A stretch of 31,369 nucleotides of DNA from Candidatus Altimarinota bacterium (GTDB lineage Bacteria > Patescibacteriota > Gracilibacteria > UBA4473), in assembly GCA_018401175.1 (NCBI GenBank), contig JAGYLK010000048.1:1-31369 (forward strand). The letters are read 5' to 3'. Each line of letters starts with the position of its first letter. Position 1 is the first letter of the stretch. Shown in pieces: positions 1 through 8,062 of the stretch. The position numbers and the translations under genes were made by a program. The notes beneath the pieces are model-generated. The model was not told the origin of the DNA. It worked only from the letters and a program-made list of their open reading frames with translations, and did not search any database.

Positions 1-114
1 GATTTTGAAATTTCAAAATCTGATATTCAAAAAATAGTCCGATTTGTGCAAAGAACACTGGAAAAAAGTGAATACTTCAAGAAAGAGGTCCGAAATTACG
101 GAGGGAGATTTTAA
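1..114 (+). CDS. 3' end of a hypothetical protein (partial, runs off window start): ...DFEISKSDIQKIVRFVQRTLEKSEYFKKEVRNYGGRF*
   Basis: Frame 1 is open from base 1 to TAA at 112-114, convergent with the VirB4 stop at 151; no family recognised. Confidence 0.45.
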   Translation, partial: DFEISKSDIQKIVRFVQRTLEKSEYFKKEVRNYGGRF

Positions 115-150
115 CATTCTGATGGGAGTTTTTGTGACTTTTGAGAAATA

Positions 151-2211
151 TTATTTCTTTGCTTTTTTCTGCGCCATCAATTCCTCAGGATTGGTCGTGA
201 TAATCTGATCTTCTCCGGGAGAAGCGACAATTTGAATCGCTACGTGTTGATTTCCGGCAAAGAAAAGTCCTTGTCCCACCTTTGAATTCAAGAGAAGAGA
301 GCTTTCTTGTTCGGTGAGATCAAATACTTTTTTCAATCGCTCTACGGCGACGGGAGCTTGTCGTAACAAGAGTTGTAAAGACGAGTTGGTAATGATTGGT
401 TTTCCCCATGGAGAATCCAAAAAATCTTCGACATCTTGGGTAATGGTGGTCACTCCGAGATAGTATTTTCGAGCACGTTTCACCAATCCGTGGAGAAATC
501 GTCCAGAATCTTCATGTTGTACAATATTCCATGCCTCATCTACGATGAGCAATCGTCGTTTCATTTCTGATCGTACTTTGTTCCAAATGAAATTCAGCAA
601 AATGTACATAGAAATAGGGCGAAGTTGGTCTTCCAAATCACGGATACAGAAGGTCACCATTCCTGATTCGAGATTTACATTTGTTTGATCAGAGAAGAGT
701 CCGGCAAACGTTCCTTCGGTAAATCGTTCCAATCGTACAGCGAGTTCGCGGCCTCCTTCGAGTGATTCGAGGACATTTTTCAAATCTTTCATCGTTGGCA
801 TTTCTAGTTCATGCGGTTTTTCTGTTTCCTGTGTAATTCCTTTCAATTCATATACTTGCAAAATTGCGCGATCCATCAATCCTTGTTCTACGGGCGTGAG
901 GTTTCCGAGCATCAAATTCATCAATCCAGAGAGATTTATTGCCGCTTCACGGAGTGATTCTCCGGGTTTTTCTTCGGCGGAAAATGTGGCGGGAAGATCA
1001 AACGGATTAATACGCTGTTCAGAATTCAGTGAAATATTTATATATGTTCCCCCAACGGTTTTGGTCAGTGTTTCATATTCGTTTTCCGGGTCGAGAATAA
1101 TTACGTCAGTTCCCATCATGAGTGATCGCAATGCTTCCAATTTCACGGCATACGATTTACCAGCACCAGATTTTGCGAAGACTACTTGATTCGCATTTTC
1201 CATTTTGAACCTATCGAAAATAATCAATGAATTATTGTGACGATTGAGTCCGTACATGATTCCTTCATTTGAGGTAAGATCACAGGAAACAAAAGGAAAT
1301 GTCGAAGAAAGAGGCGCCGTGTTCATATTTTGAACAATGTCGAGCATGTCGGTTGCTTGTGGTAAAGTTGATTCAAACGCGCGTTCGGTTTGAAAATCAC
1401 CAGAACGAACCATTACCATTTGGCTTCCCAGAAGTGTTTCGAGTTGTTTACAGACAGTTTCTAATTTATCAAAATCCTCTGCATAAACCGTAAAATAAAG
1501 TCCCACCTGAAAGAATCGTTCTTCTCCTCGTTGGAGATCAACACGAAGTTGTTCCGCATCTTCAAGAGCGGTATCAAGAGACGTGTCATTTACGAGACCT
1601 CGTTCAGCATTCATTCGCTTGGAAGAAAGCATTTCGGCTACTTTTTTTCGTAAAATTTTGAGCATTTTGTCCGATTTTGTCGGATAGACGAACATCGAAA
1701 TATCCATAGCAACGTCAAAGTTGATAATGGGATTGAGCCAGTTTGCATCTAAGAATCGGGGATAATTAAACACAAAAAAACTTTTGGTGTGTACGCCGTT
1801 GAGTTTGAAATCTCGAGGACCTACTTCTACAGATGTTGGTGCAACAAGATCTTTGATCGAAGAAATCCCATGTTGATAGAGTTTTTCTGCTTCCACAATC
1901 TGCTGTCTCATCTTCCGCGTTAATTTCTTTTTGTCTTTTTTGGGATCAAATGTTTCAAAAAGTTTTTTGATTTCATCAGTATTTTCAATTGTTTGTGGCG
2001 TTGATACCGGGATATCTTCTTGTGGGAGAGAATCAATCGTGGGGGATTCTTTTTTTGTTCCTCGTTCCTTCTGTGCAGCAGCTTTCGCTTTATTTTTTTC
2101 CACGTGCGCATTCCATTTGGCTTTCAAACTTTCAAGAAATCCATGTTCAGGAGTTCCTTGTTTTTCAGTATTTTCAAACGATATTTTTCCGGTTGTTTGT
2201 TTGTTTGGCAT
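151..2211 (-). CDS. virB4: VirB4/TraE-family type IV secretion-like ATPase with a low-complexity N-terminal extension
   Basis: Walker A FAKSGAGKS, IILDPENEY, INPFD, Walker B LLIVDEAW, RARKYYLGVTTITQ motif typical of VirB4 C-terminal ATPase domains. Confidence 0.85.
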   Translation of the reverse strand: MPNKQTTGKISFENTEKQGTPEHGFLESLKAKWNAHVEKNKAKAAAQKERGTKKESPTIDSLPQEDIPVSTPQTIENTDEIKKLFETFDPKKDKKKLTRKMRQQIVEAEKLYQHGISSIKDLVAPTSVEVGPRDFKLNGVHTKSFFVFNYPRFLDANWLNPIINFDVAMDISMFVYPTKSDKMLKILRKKVAEMLSSKRMNAERGLVNDTSLDTALEDAEQLRVDLQRGEERFFQVGLYFTVYAEDFDKLETVCKQLETLLGSQMVMVRSGDFQTERAFESTLPQATDMLDIVQNMNTAPLSSTFPFVSCDLTSNEGIMYGLNRHNNSLIIFDRFKMENANQVVFAKSGAGKSYAVKLEALRSLMMGTDVIILDPENEYETLTKTVGGTYINISLNSEQRINPFDLPATFSAEEKPGESLREAAINLSGLMNLMLGNLTPVEQGLMDRAILQVYELKGITQETEKPHELEMPTMKDLKNVLESLEGGRELAVRLERFTEGTFAGLFSDQTNVNLESGMVTFCIRDLEDQLRPISMYILLNFIWNKVRSEMKRRLLIVDEAWNIVQHEDSGRFLHGLVKRARKYYLGVTTITQDVEDFLDSPWGKPIITNSSLQLLLRQAPVAVERLKKVFDLTEQESSLLLNSKVGQGLFFAGNQHVAIQIVASPGEDQIITTNPEELMAQKKAKK

Positions 2212-2236
2212 TCCTCAGGGGTCAAAAGTTCCAGAA

Positions 2237-2265
2237 ATTATACCTCAAAAGGGCGAATAAATCAA
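2237..2265 (-). promoter_or_regulatory. sigma70-type promoter of the virB4-like gene
   Basis: Minus strand TTGATT-N17-TATAAT ending 25 nt before the ATG at 2211. Confidence 0.7.
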
Positions 2266-2292
2266 GTATGGAGCAGAATTTTTAGTGAGTCA

Positions 2293-2321
2293 AAAAGTTT
2301 AAAAGAGAAAAAGACAAAAAA
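2293..2321. repeat. 8-bp-period AAAAG(T) micro-array
   Basis: AAAAG starts at 2293, 2301, 2309, 2317. Confidence 0.5.
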
Positions 2322-2391
2322 GCTATTTCAGCGTGTCAGGAAATGAGTGTTTATAAATAGATTCTGGGCAAGTCAGAATGACTTGAAATAC

Positions 2392-2441
2392 AAAAAAGCG
2401 TGTCCGATTTTTCACATCCAAGAGAGGTGACGAACACGCTT
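2392..2441 (-). terminator. Rho-independent terminator of a minus-strand transcript upstream of the virB4 promoter
   Basis: Minus strand AAGCGTGTTCG/CGGACACGCTT stem with inner TCAC/GTGA stem, followed by a T run. Confidence 0.7.
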
Positions 2442-2608
2442 ATATTTGGCTCCCATACAGTCCCCATCAGATATTTTTGAGAGTGTCTGACCCACTCATT
2501 TTGTTTTGTTTTTGTTTTTTGAATTTTTCTCTTTGTTTTGCGAAAGGGAAAAACAGTATTTTTTTCTATAAAATTTATACGGAGATATTTATAAATCGAA
2601 ATTTAAAA
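2392..2608 (-). ncRNA. Candidate small RNA (or small-peptide mRNA) containing a compact H-type pseudoknot at 2466-2497
   Basis: Candidate promoter TTGAAA-N18-TATACT (2644-2615), pseudoknot GAGUG/CACUC + GUCAGA/UCUGAU, terminator at 2392-2441; no ORF of 60 aa or more. Confidence 0.3.
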
Positions 2609-2723
2609 TAGTTGAGTATAAATGGTTTTTCTTATCTGTTTCAAAGAAAGAGAGAAGAAAAATGAGAATAGAAGTTCTCTGTCTTTCACTCGGAGTTTTG
2701 GAGAAGGCCTTTTAAAAGAGTAT

Positions 2724-2791
2724 AAAAGTTCAAAAGTCTAAAAGTTGAAAAGTAATGAAAACTATTAACTCTAAACTCTCAACTGGTAACT
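2724..2791. repeat. Phased micro-arrays: AAAAGT every 8 bp (x4), then AACT every 7 bp (x5)
   Basis: AAAAGT at 2724, 2732, 2740, 2748; AACT at 2760, 2767, 2774, 2781, 2788. Confidence 0.65.
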
Positions 2792-2824
2792 CATTTTAAG
2801 ACATTTTAGAGTCCAAAACGGGGA

Positions 2825-2928
2825 GAGGAAGGCAGGGAGCTAGTCCGATTTCGATCTCCTACTGTTTTTTCAAAATTAATAAATTTGGGTGTCGGGAGTT
2901 CAAAGTCGGGCGAATCACTGCCTTCTTT
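2825..2928 (+). ncRNA. Candidate rod-like structured RNA (6S-like topology or 5' leader of the downstream ORF)
   Basis: Nested stems GAGGAAGGCAG/CTGCCTTCTTT, TCCGATTT/AAGTCGGG, GATCTCCT/GGGAGTTC; G-U pairs work on the + strand. Confidence 0.35.
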
Positions 2929-2991
2929 GGTCTGTTGTTGTCGAAGAGCGAAAGAGCATTCTACACCAAAAAACAAAAACTTTCAAGAGGA

Positions 2992-4185
2992 ATGTTGACC
3001 TTTTTTCTAGAATTGTTTAAATATCATGTTATGGAAAAGGAAAAATTAGGTTTATCTGCATGGCGTCGAAACTTTGATGCGTTGGGGATAGGCAGTTTTT
3101 TAATCGATGAAGTAGGACGCTCGGTGTCGCGTGTCATACGTCCGCCGAAAAAAGAAATTACCGAGGATGCGAAGAAAATACTTGATAATGCGTTAGAAGA
3201 GTTGGATGCATATGTTGATTTTCCAGGATATATAAAAATTCTTTCTACAATTGAGGATGTTTATCAGACGGTTGAAGAGGGGAACAGTAATGGAGAAGTG
3301 AATGTTTGGGATCTTTCTTCAGAGAATTTTATCGTGAATATACATTTTTGGCTTCAAATATTACGAGATAAAAGTCTTGGGAAATTTGGAACAAAACTCA
3401 CATTTTCTAATACAAAAAGTGTCCATTTGTCGCCGATTCCTGACAATTCTATAGAATGGATTATCGGGCAGAGAAGTGAAAATCTGAACGTCCTTGAAGA
3501 GGAATTTCTTGCATGGGTGGAGACGTATAATATTCGAGAGATACTACAAAAAGGTTCATTATTGATTATCAGTAATCATGATCAGTGGTCGACACAACCT
3601 ATTTCATTATATTTTTTTCAGAAATTTTTAAGAGTTGTTCCGGAGCAGAGCGCCACGGTTGTGGGACGTCGAGTACTTACATTTCGAAAATTTAAATTCG
3701 ATCCCGAGCAACTTATTCGTGGTCAAGGACATGTTTTGATAACTGATCCTCCGACGAGAAATGGCAGACACAAAGCGTTTGGTTATGATGCTATGCAGGA
3801 AAGAAAAAATGAATATATAGAAGAATTTAAAACATTTCTTTCTTTTCCCGGAAATATTATTACGAGTGCCCCAGGCGGGACGCGTGATAGATATACTGAA
3901 ACAGAAGAAGGGAGAGTTTTGCATCCTGCTCAACCAGTTTCGAAAGCGCTCGATTTGCTAGAAGAAATGCAGATCGACACAACGATAATTCCGGTAGCAT
4001 TTCATCATGGAGAAGGATTTCATCTTGAAAAAATGCGAGAAAAAATAGATCTTCAAATGCAGTGGGGAGAGCCAATTTTGCAAGGGAGTGAGTTGTCGGG
4101 AGAAGAAATTTGGAATCGGGTATTGAATATTTTACCAAATCCAAGGGAGAAATCACCTCAACAACCCGATAACATTTCGCAATAA
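2992..4185 (+). CDS. Putative LPLAT-superfamily (PlsC/GPAT-like) acyltransferase-fold protein with an N-terminal extension
   Basis: LLIISNHDQW (block I NH), SAPGGTRDR (block III FPEGTR/APSGGRDR-like), IIPVAF; start uncertain (TTG 2935, ATG 2992 or ATG 3031). Confidence 0.5.
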   Translation: MLTFFLELFKYHVMEKEKLGLSAWRRNFDALGIGSFLIDEVGRSVSRVIRPPKKEITEDAKKILDNALEELDAYVDFPGYIKILSTIEDVYQTVEEGNSNGEVNVWDLSSENFIVNIHFWLQILRDKSLGKFGTKLTFSNTKSVHLSPIPDNSIEWIIGQRSENLNVLEEEFLAWVETYNIREILQKGSLLIISNHDQWSTQPISLYFFQKFLRVVPEQSATVVGRRVLTFRKFKFDPEQLIRGQGHVLITDPPTRNGRHKAFGYDAMQERKNEYIEEFKTFLSFPGNIITSAPGGTRDRYTETEEGRVLHPAQPVSKALDLLEEMQIDTTIIPVAFHHGEGFHLEKMREKIDLQMQWGEPILQGSELSGEEIWNRVLNILPNPREKSPQQPDNISQ

Positions 4186-4866
4186 TGCGCGATTGAATCC
4201 GTAATTCATTCGCATCGGTCCGAGAATTCCAATGTGTCCTTGTATGCCATTATTTTCAAATTGAACAACAAGCATCGCGCAACTTTGAACTTCTTCAAAC
4301 AAGTTCTCATTTCCAATAAAAATCTTTACTTCATTGATATTCAACTCAAGAGAATTCAGCATTTCTTGAAATTGTTCACGACGTTCAAATACTTCTACAA
4401 TCTGTGCACCGCGTTCTGGTTCTAATACGAATTCAGGACTGCGTAATACTTTAGACAGTCCCAAATAGAGTGATTGATCGTTCTCAATGGACGCAAACGC
4501 AACGTTTCCAGAGAGGTGTGCGCAGAGTTTTATCATGTCAAAAAGCGATTCGCGCGTTTTTTCCAAATGATATTCAGCGATGTGTTTTTCGAATAGTTTT
4601 TGAATGCGCAAGTCTTCAGCCTCGTCTTCTTGTAATAATTGATCTACGAAGAATCGATATCCTTTTTCTGTCGGAATTTTCCCGGCACTGACGTGGGGCG
4701 ATTCGATAAGTCCAATTTCTTCAAGGAGTGCAAATTCGTTTCGTACGGTAGCGGAGGACACGTGAAATTCTCCTGATTCGAGGAGTTTTTTACTCGCGAC
4801 GGGCGTAGCAGATTCTACGAAGTCGTTGATTAGTGCGGCGAGAATGCGAAGCGTTCGTTCTTTCAT
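4153..4866 (-). CDS. hrcA: Heat-inducible transcription repressor HrcA (short form)
   Basis: ILAALINDFVESATPVASKKL, VSSATVRNEFALLEEIGLIESPHVSAGKIPTEKGYRFFVD, GILGPMRMNY; start at ATG 4866. Confidence 0.93.
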   Translation of the reverse strand: MKERTLRILAALINDFVESATPVASKKLLESGEFHVSSATVRNEFALLEEIGLIESPHVSAGKIPTEKGYRFFVDQLLQEDEAEDLRIQKLFEKHIAEYHLEKTRESLFDMIKLCAHLSGNVAFASIENDQSLYLGLSKVLRSPEFVLEPERGAQIVEVFERREQFQEMLNSLELNINEVKIFIGNENLFEEVQSCAMLVVQFENNGIQGHIGILGPMRMNYGFNRALLRNVIGLLR

Positions 4867-4868
4867 CG

Positions 4869-4902
4869 TTGGCAGAGTGCCATAGAGAGTGACAGAAGTC
4901 AA
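4869..4902 (-). promoter_or_regulatory. hrcA promoter overlapped by a degenerate CIRCE element
   Basis: TTGACT-N17-(TG)CACTCT-N7-ATG on minus; TTGGCAGAG-N9-GAGTGACAG (4869-4895) versus CIRCE consensus TTAGCACTC-N9-GAGTGCTAA. Confidence 0.55.
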
Positions 4903-4904
4903 TA

Positions 4905-4972
4905 TTCTTCCCTCTCTTGATGAAAGAGAGGGGGGACCGCGTCCCGCAATGCGGGACGTGGTGGGTGAGTTG
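4905..4972 (-). repeat. REP-like double-hairpin element
   Basis: Minus: CAACTCACCCACCACGTCCCGCATTGCGGGACGCGGTCCCCCCTCTCTTTCATCAAGAGAGGGAAGAA, two GC-rich stems. Confidence 0.7.
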
Positions 4973-4984
4973 TGTTTTTATTTC

Positions 4985-5027
4985 CAACCCATCCCAAGCC
5001 CTTCCCTTGCGCCAAGGGAAGGGAGAA
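4985..5027 (+). repeat. REP-like element, inverted relative to 4905-4972
   Basis: CAACCCATCCCAAGCCCTTCCCTTGCGCCAAGGGAAGGGAGAA; closely matches the reverse complement of 8063-8105. Confidence 0.75.
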
Positions 5028-5073
5028 TCTCACCTACATTTTTTCCTTATTTCTGAGTATAGTGGGAGTTATT

Positions 5074-5739
5074 CTATTTTTTTTCTGCTAAAATAATCCT
5101 ATTTCCCGCAAGTTGAGGAATTGTCACAAATTTTCTTTGAACAGATTCCTCCTTGAGTATTTTGAAATTATTTTCTTCCAGAAGTTCACATAATTTATGT
5201 TTAGTAAGAAAATTATAATTTACTTCCATTGTTTCTAGGCATCTATTTGATATGCTTTCAGCAAGAGTTAATAGGGTTTTTTCTAAAATTTGAATACGAG
5301 ATTCTGAAATTTCGTGTTCATGTATAAATACTCTTCCTCCAACAACTAAAGAGTTATTGATGTCTTTTATAAAAGCAGATACTTGTTTTCTCGGTACATG
5401 ATGAATTATCTGTGAAAGAATTATTAATTCTGGATTCAAACTTTCTTTAGCAAGGGAAAAGGGTTTGATCATATAATAATCAAGGTTTGGTGGGGTTATT
5501 AAACTGTGGTCTCGATGATCATTTATATCGACACCAAATATTTTTGCTAATGTGTTCCGTTTTGCCATTTCAACGGCTAAGGCACCAGTACCACACCCAA
5601 AGTCTACGACACGAGCAGAAGGATTTTGTGATAGATTTGCCCATTCGGATACTTTATTTGCAAGTGCACTTGTTTTCCCACTTTTTTCTTTTAACCACCG
5701 TTTTACTTGCGGAATAGAAAGTCTTTCAGTTTTACTCAT
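5074..5739 (-). CDS. Class I SAM-dependent methyltransferase, substrate unknown
   Basis: Motif I VVDFGCGTG, IFGVDI, LSQIIHHV, LVVGGRVFIHE; visibly more AT-rich than flanking genes. Confidence 0.85.
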   Translation of the reverse strand: MSKTERLSIPQVKRWLKEKSGKTSALANKVSEWANLSQNPSARVVDFGCGTGALAVEMAKRNTLAKIFGVDINDHRDHSLITPPNLDYYMIKPFSLAKESLNPELIILSQIIHHVPRKQVSAFIKDINNSLVVGGRVFIHEHEISESRIQILEKTLLTLAESISNRCLETMEVNYNFLTKHKLCELLEENNFKILKEESVQRKFVTIPQLAGNRIILAEKK

Positions 5740-5890
5740 TATGTATCAATATTTTTTTAATTATATATAAAATAATAATATATAGAAAAAAGTCAATATC
5801 CAAAAAAGAACACATTTAAAATACATATTTGCGTATTATATATTTCAAATGAGATACCAAATTTATTTAATTTCAGTATGATTTCCGCGA

Positions 5891-7999
5891 ATGCACTTCG
5901 TCCAAATCTACCTCCGCAGTGTCCGCGACACCTACACATGGCATACCGAACATCCGGTACAAGTGGGAGCGCGTGTGGCGCTCAAATTCCGCGGGCGTCC
6001 GCGAATAGGAATTGTGATTTCCGTTTCTCTGCAGAAACCAGAATACAAAACACAGCCCATCGATGAAATCCTTGATGAACAATTTATTCCTGCGACGTGG
6101 ATTTCTTTAGCCCATTGGACTTCCGAGCAGAATTTTACCCCGATTTCACAGGTAATGAGTTTGATTATTCCAGAGAAATTTCTTCTTCAATGCGATCCTG
6201 TAGTGCGCGAAAAGTTTTGGTTTTTGACAGGGAATGAGTTTGAAACATTGAAGGGAGTGAAACAGAAATTAGTAATTGAAAAACTTTTGCTCTCAGAAGC
6301 GACGGATGAAAAATTGCGAGAAATAGCGAGTCCGACGGTTTTGAAAAATTTGGCAGAGAAGGGGATTATTGCGTTTCGCTTGGGAAATATTGCGCCGGCC
6401 GCGCAGCCAGATTTTACGCGACCTGTGCATGAGTTGTCTCCGTTGCAACAAGAAGTCTTTGAGAAAATTTCTCATTCAAAAAAGTCGTGTCTCCTCTGGG
6501 GGGTGACGGGTTCAGGGAAAACAGAAATCTATAAAAAATTGGCGGAGAAAGTTCTTGAGAAGGGGAATCAAGTGTTGATCTTGCTTCCAGAAATTGCGCT
6601 GACGCCGCAGTTGATTGCAGAGTTTCGTTCCGTGGGTTCCGTAGCGGTGTGGCATTCCAAACTTTCAGAAGGCGAGCGAGTTCAGGAATGGGCGAGGTGC
6701 GTTTCGGGAGAAGCTCAAATTTTGATCGGTGCCCGGAGTGCGGCGTTTATTCCGCTTCCGAATTTGAAATTAATTGTGCTAGACGAAGAGCATGAGTGGA
6801 CGTTTAAATCGGAAACAGCACCGCGGTTGTGGACACACGATGTGGCGGAGTGGTTGAGTTTTGCATTACAAACGAAAATTGTGTTCGGTTCGGCAACACC
6901 AAGGCTTGAAAGTTGGATGCGGTGTGAAAATGAGGAATGGAATCGGGTGGAGTTGCTTTCTCGTATCAATGAAACGGAGCTTCCTAAGATTCAGTTTGTG
7001 GATATGCGAAATGAGGTGAAGTTTGGGAATTATGGACCGATTTCGTCGTATTTAGCCGAGGCAATTGGAGCAACGGTTGATGCGGGAAAACAGGTAGTTT
7101 TATTTCTCAATCGGCGCGGATTCTCAGGTTCAACAACTTGTCGGATGTGCGGAGAGACGTATAATTGTCCGCATTGTGATATGCCGATGAAACTGCATCG
7201 CAATGGAAAAAATGCGCGGATGATTTGTCATGTGTGTGGACATTTGGCGCCTTTTACCGATCAGTGTCCGCATTGTGAGGCGACCAATTTCGTCTTTCGT
7301 GGGTGGGGAACTCAACAAGTCGAGCAAGTGTTGAAAGATGATTTTCCCGGACTTCGGGTTTTGCGTGCAGATGCAGATTCCATGGGAGGAAAACATGATT
7401 TCCGAAAACTCTGTGAAAAATTTTCCAATCACGAGGCGGATGTTCTCCTCGGAACGCAGATGGTTGCCAAGGGATTGGATTTTGAAAAAGTAGCTTTGGT
7501 CGGTGTGATTCTCGCGGATGTTGGGTTGTCACTTCCGGATTTTCGCGCGGAAGAACGGGTGTTTCAGCTTTTGACACAGGTTTCTGGACGAGCGGGAAGG
7601 CGAACAATGCAGGGAAATATTTTGATTCAAACGTTCAAACCCGATGAAAAAATTTTTTCGTTCATCAAACATAATGACACGGAAGGGTTTCTCTCGTGGC
7701 AAAAAGAAAATCGTTTGGCGACGAAACTTCCTCCATTTGGTGCGATTGCGAAGATTTTGTTTTCTCATACGGATAAAAAGACAGCGTTTGATACAGCTCA
7801 AAGTCTGTTTCGCGAGATAAAAAAAAGGTCAGATTGTGTGTGTAATTTTGCGCCAGCATTTTGGCCACGGACGCATGGGAAATATCATTTTCATGTGTTT
7901 CTTCAGACAGAGACAAGGGAAGAATTATATGTGGTGTTGCGGTCGTTGTCTCTTCCGATTGGGGCGAGGATTGATGTAAATCCAGCGTCGCTGTTGTGA
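5891..7999 (+). CDS. priA: Primosomal protein N' (replication-restart helicase)
   Basis: GVTGSGKTEIY, IGARSA, DEEH, FLNRRGFS, four CxxC pairs (CRMC, CPHC, CHVC, CPHC), GTQMVAKGLDF, QVSGRAGR. Confidence 0.97.
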   Translation: MHFVQIYLRSVRDTYTWHTEHPVQVGARVALKFRGRPRIGIVISVSLQKPEYKTQPIDEILDEQFIPATWISLAHWTSEQNFTPISQVMSLIIPEKFLLQCDPVVREKFWFLTGNEFETLKGVKQKLVIEKLLLSEATDEKLREIASPTVLKNLAEKGIIAFRLGNIAPAAQPDFTRPVHELSPLQQEVFEKISHSKKSCLLWGVTGSGKTEIYKKLAEKVLEKGNQVLILLPEIALTPQLIAEFRSVGSVAVWHSKLSEGERVQEWARCVSGEAQILIGARSAAFIPLPNLKLIVLDEEHEWTFKSETAPRLWTHDVAEWLSFALQTKIVFGSATPRLESWMRCENEEWNRVELLSRINETELPKIQFVDMRNEVKFGNYGPISSYLAEAIGATVDAGKQVVLFLNRRGFSGSTTCRMCGETYNCPHCDMPMKLHRNGKNARMICHVCGHLAPFTDQCPHCEATNFVFRGWGTQQVEQVLKDDFPGLRVLRADADSMGGKHDFRKLCEKFSNHEADVLLGTQMVAKGLDFEKVALVGVILADVGLSLPDFRAEERVFQLLTQVSGRAGRRTMQGNILIQTFKPDEKIFSFIKHNDTEGFLSWQKENRLATKLPPFGAIAKILFSHTDKKTAFDTAQSLFREIKKRSDCVCNFAPAFWPRTHGKYHFHVFLQTETREELYVVLRSLSLPIGARIDVNPASLL

Positions 8000-8045
8000 A
8001 CCTCTCTGTCCTTCGGACATCTCTCCCTAATAATTAGGGAGAGAA
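8000..8045 (+). repeat. REP-like double-hairpin element directly after the priA stop
   Basis: ACCTCTCTGTCCTTCGGACATCTCTCCCTAATAATTAGGGAGAGAA; C(UUCG)G hairpin plus TCTCTCCCTAA/TTAGGGAGAGA stem. Confidence 0.7.
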
Positions 8046-8062
8046 TATTTGAAATTAATTTC

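Noticed and set aside
2416-2430. ATCCAAGAGAGGTGA resembling the 5' end of a SAM-I riboswitch
   Set aside because: The required GGGACTGGCCC/GGCAACC/GTGCC elements do not follow; the sequence is the loop region of the terminator hairpin.
2466-2497. Assignment of the pseudoknot as preQ1-I riboswitch or tmRNA PK1
   Set aside because: It lacks the preQ1 ligand-binding C/U positions, and there is no tRNA-like domain or tag reading frame; kept only as an unassigned structure.
2825-2850. GAGGAA...AGTCCG resembling RNase P RNA
   Set aside because: The motif is interrupted, and downstream universal regions (GGAAAGTGCCACAGAAA, ACAGAACCCGGCTTA) are absent.
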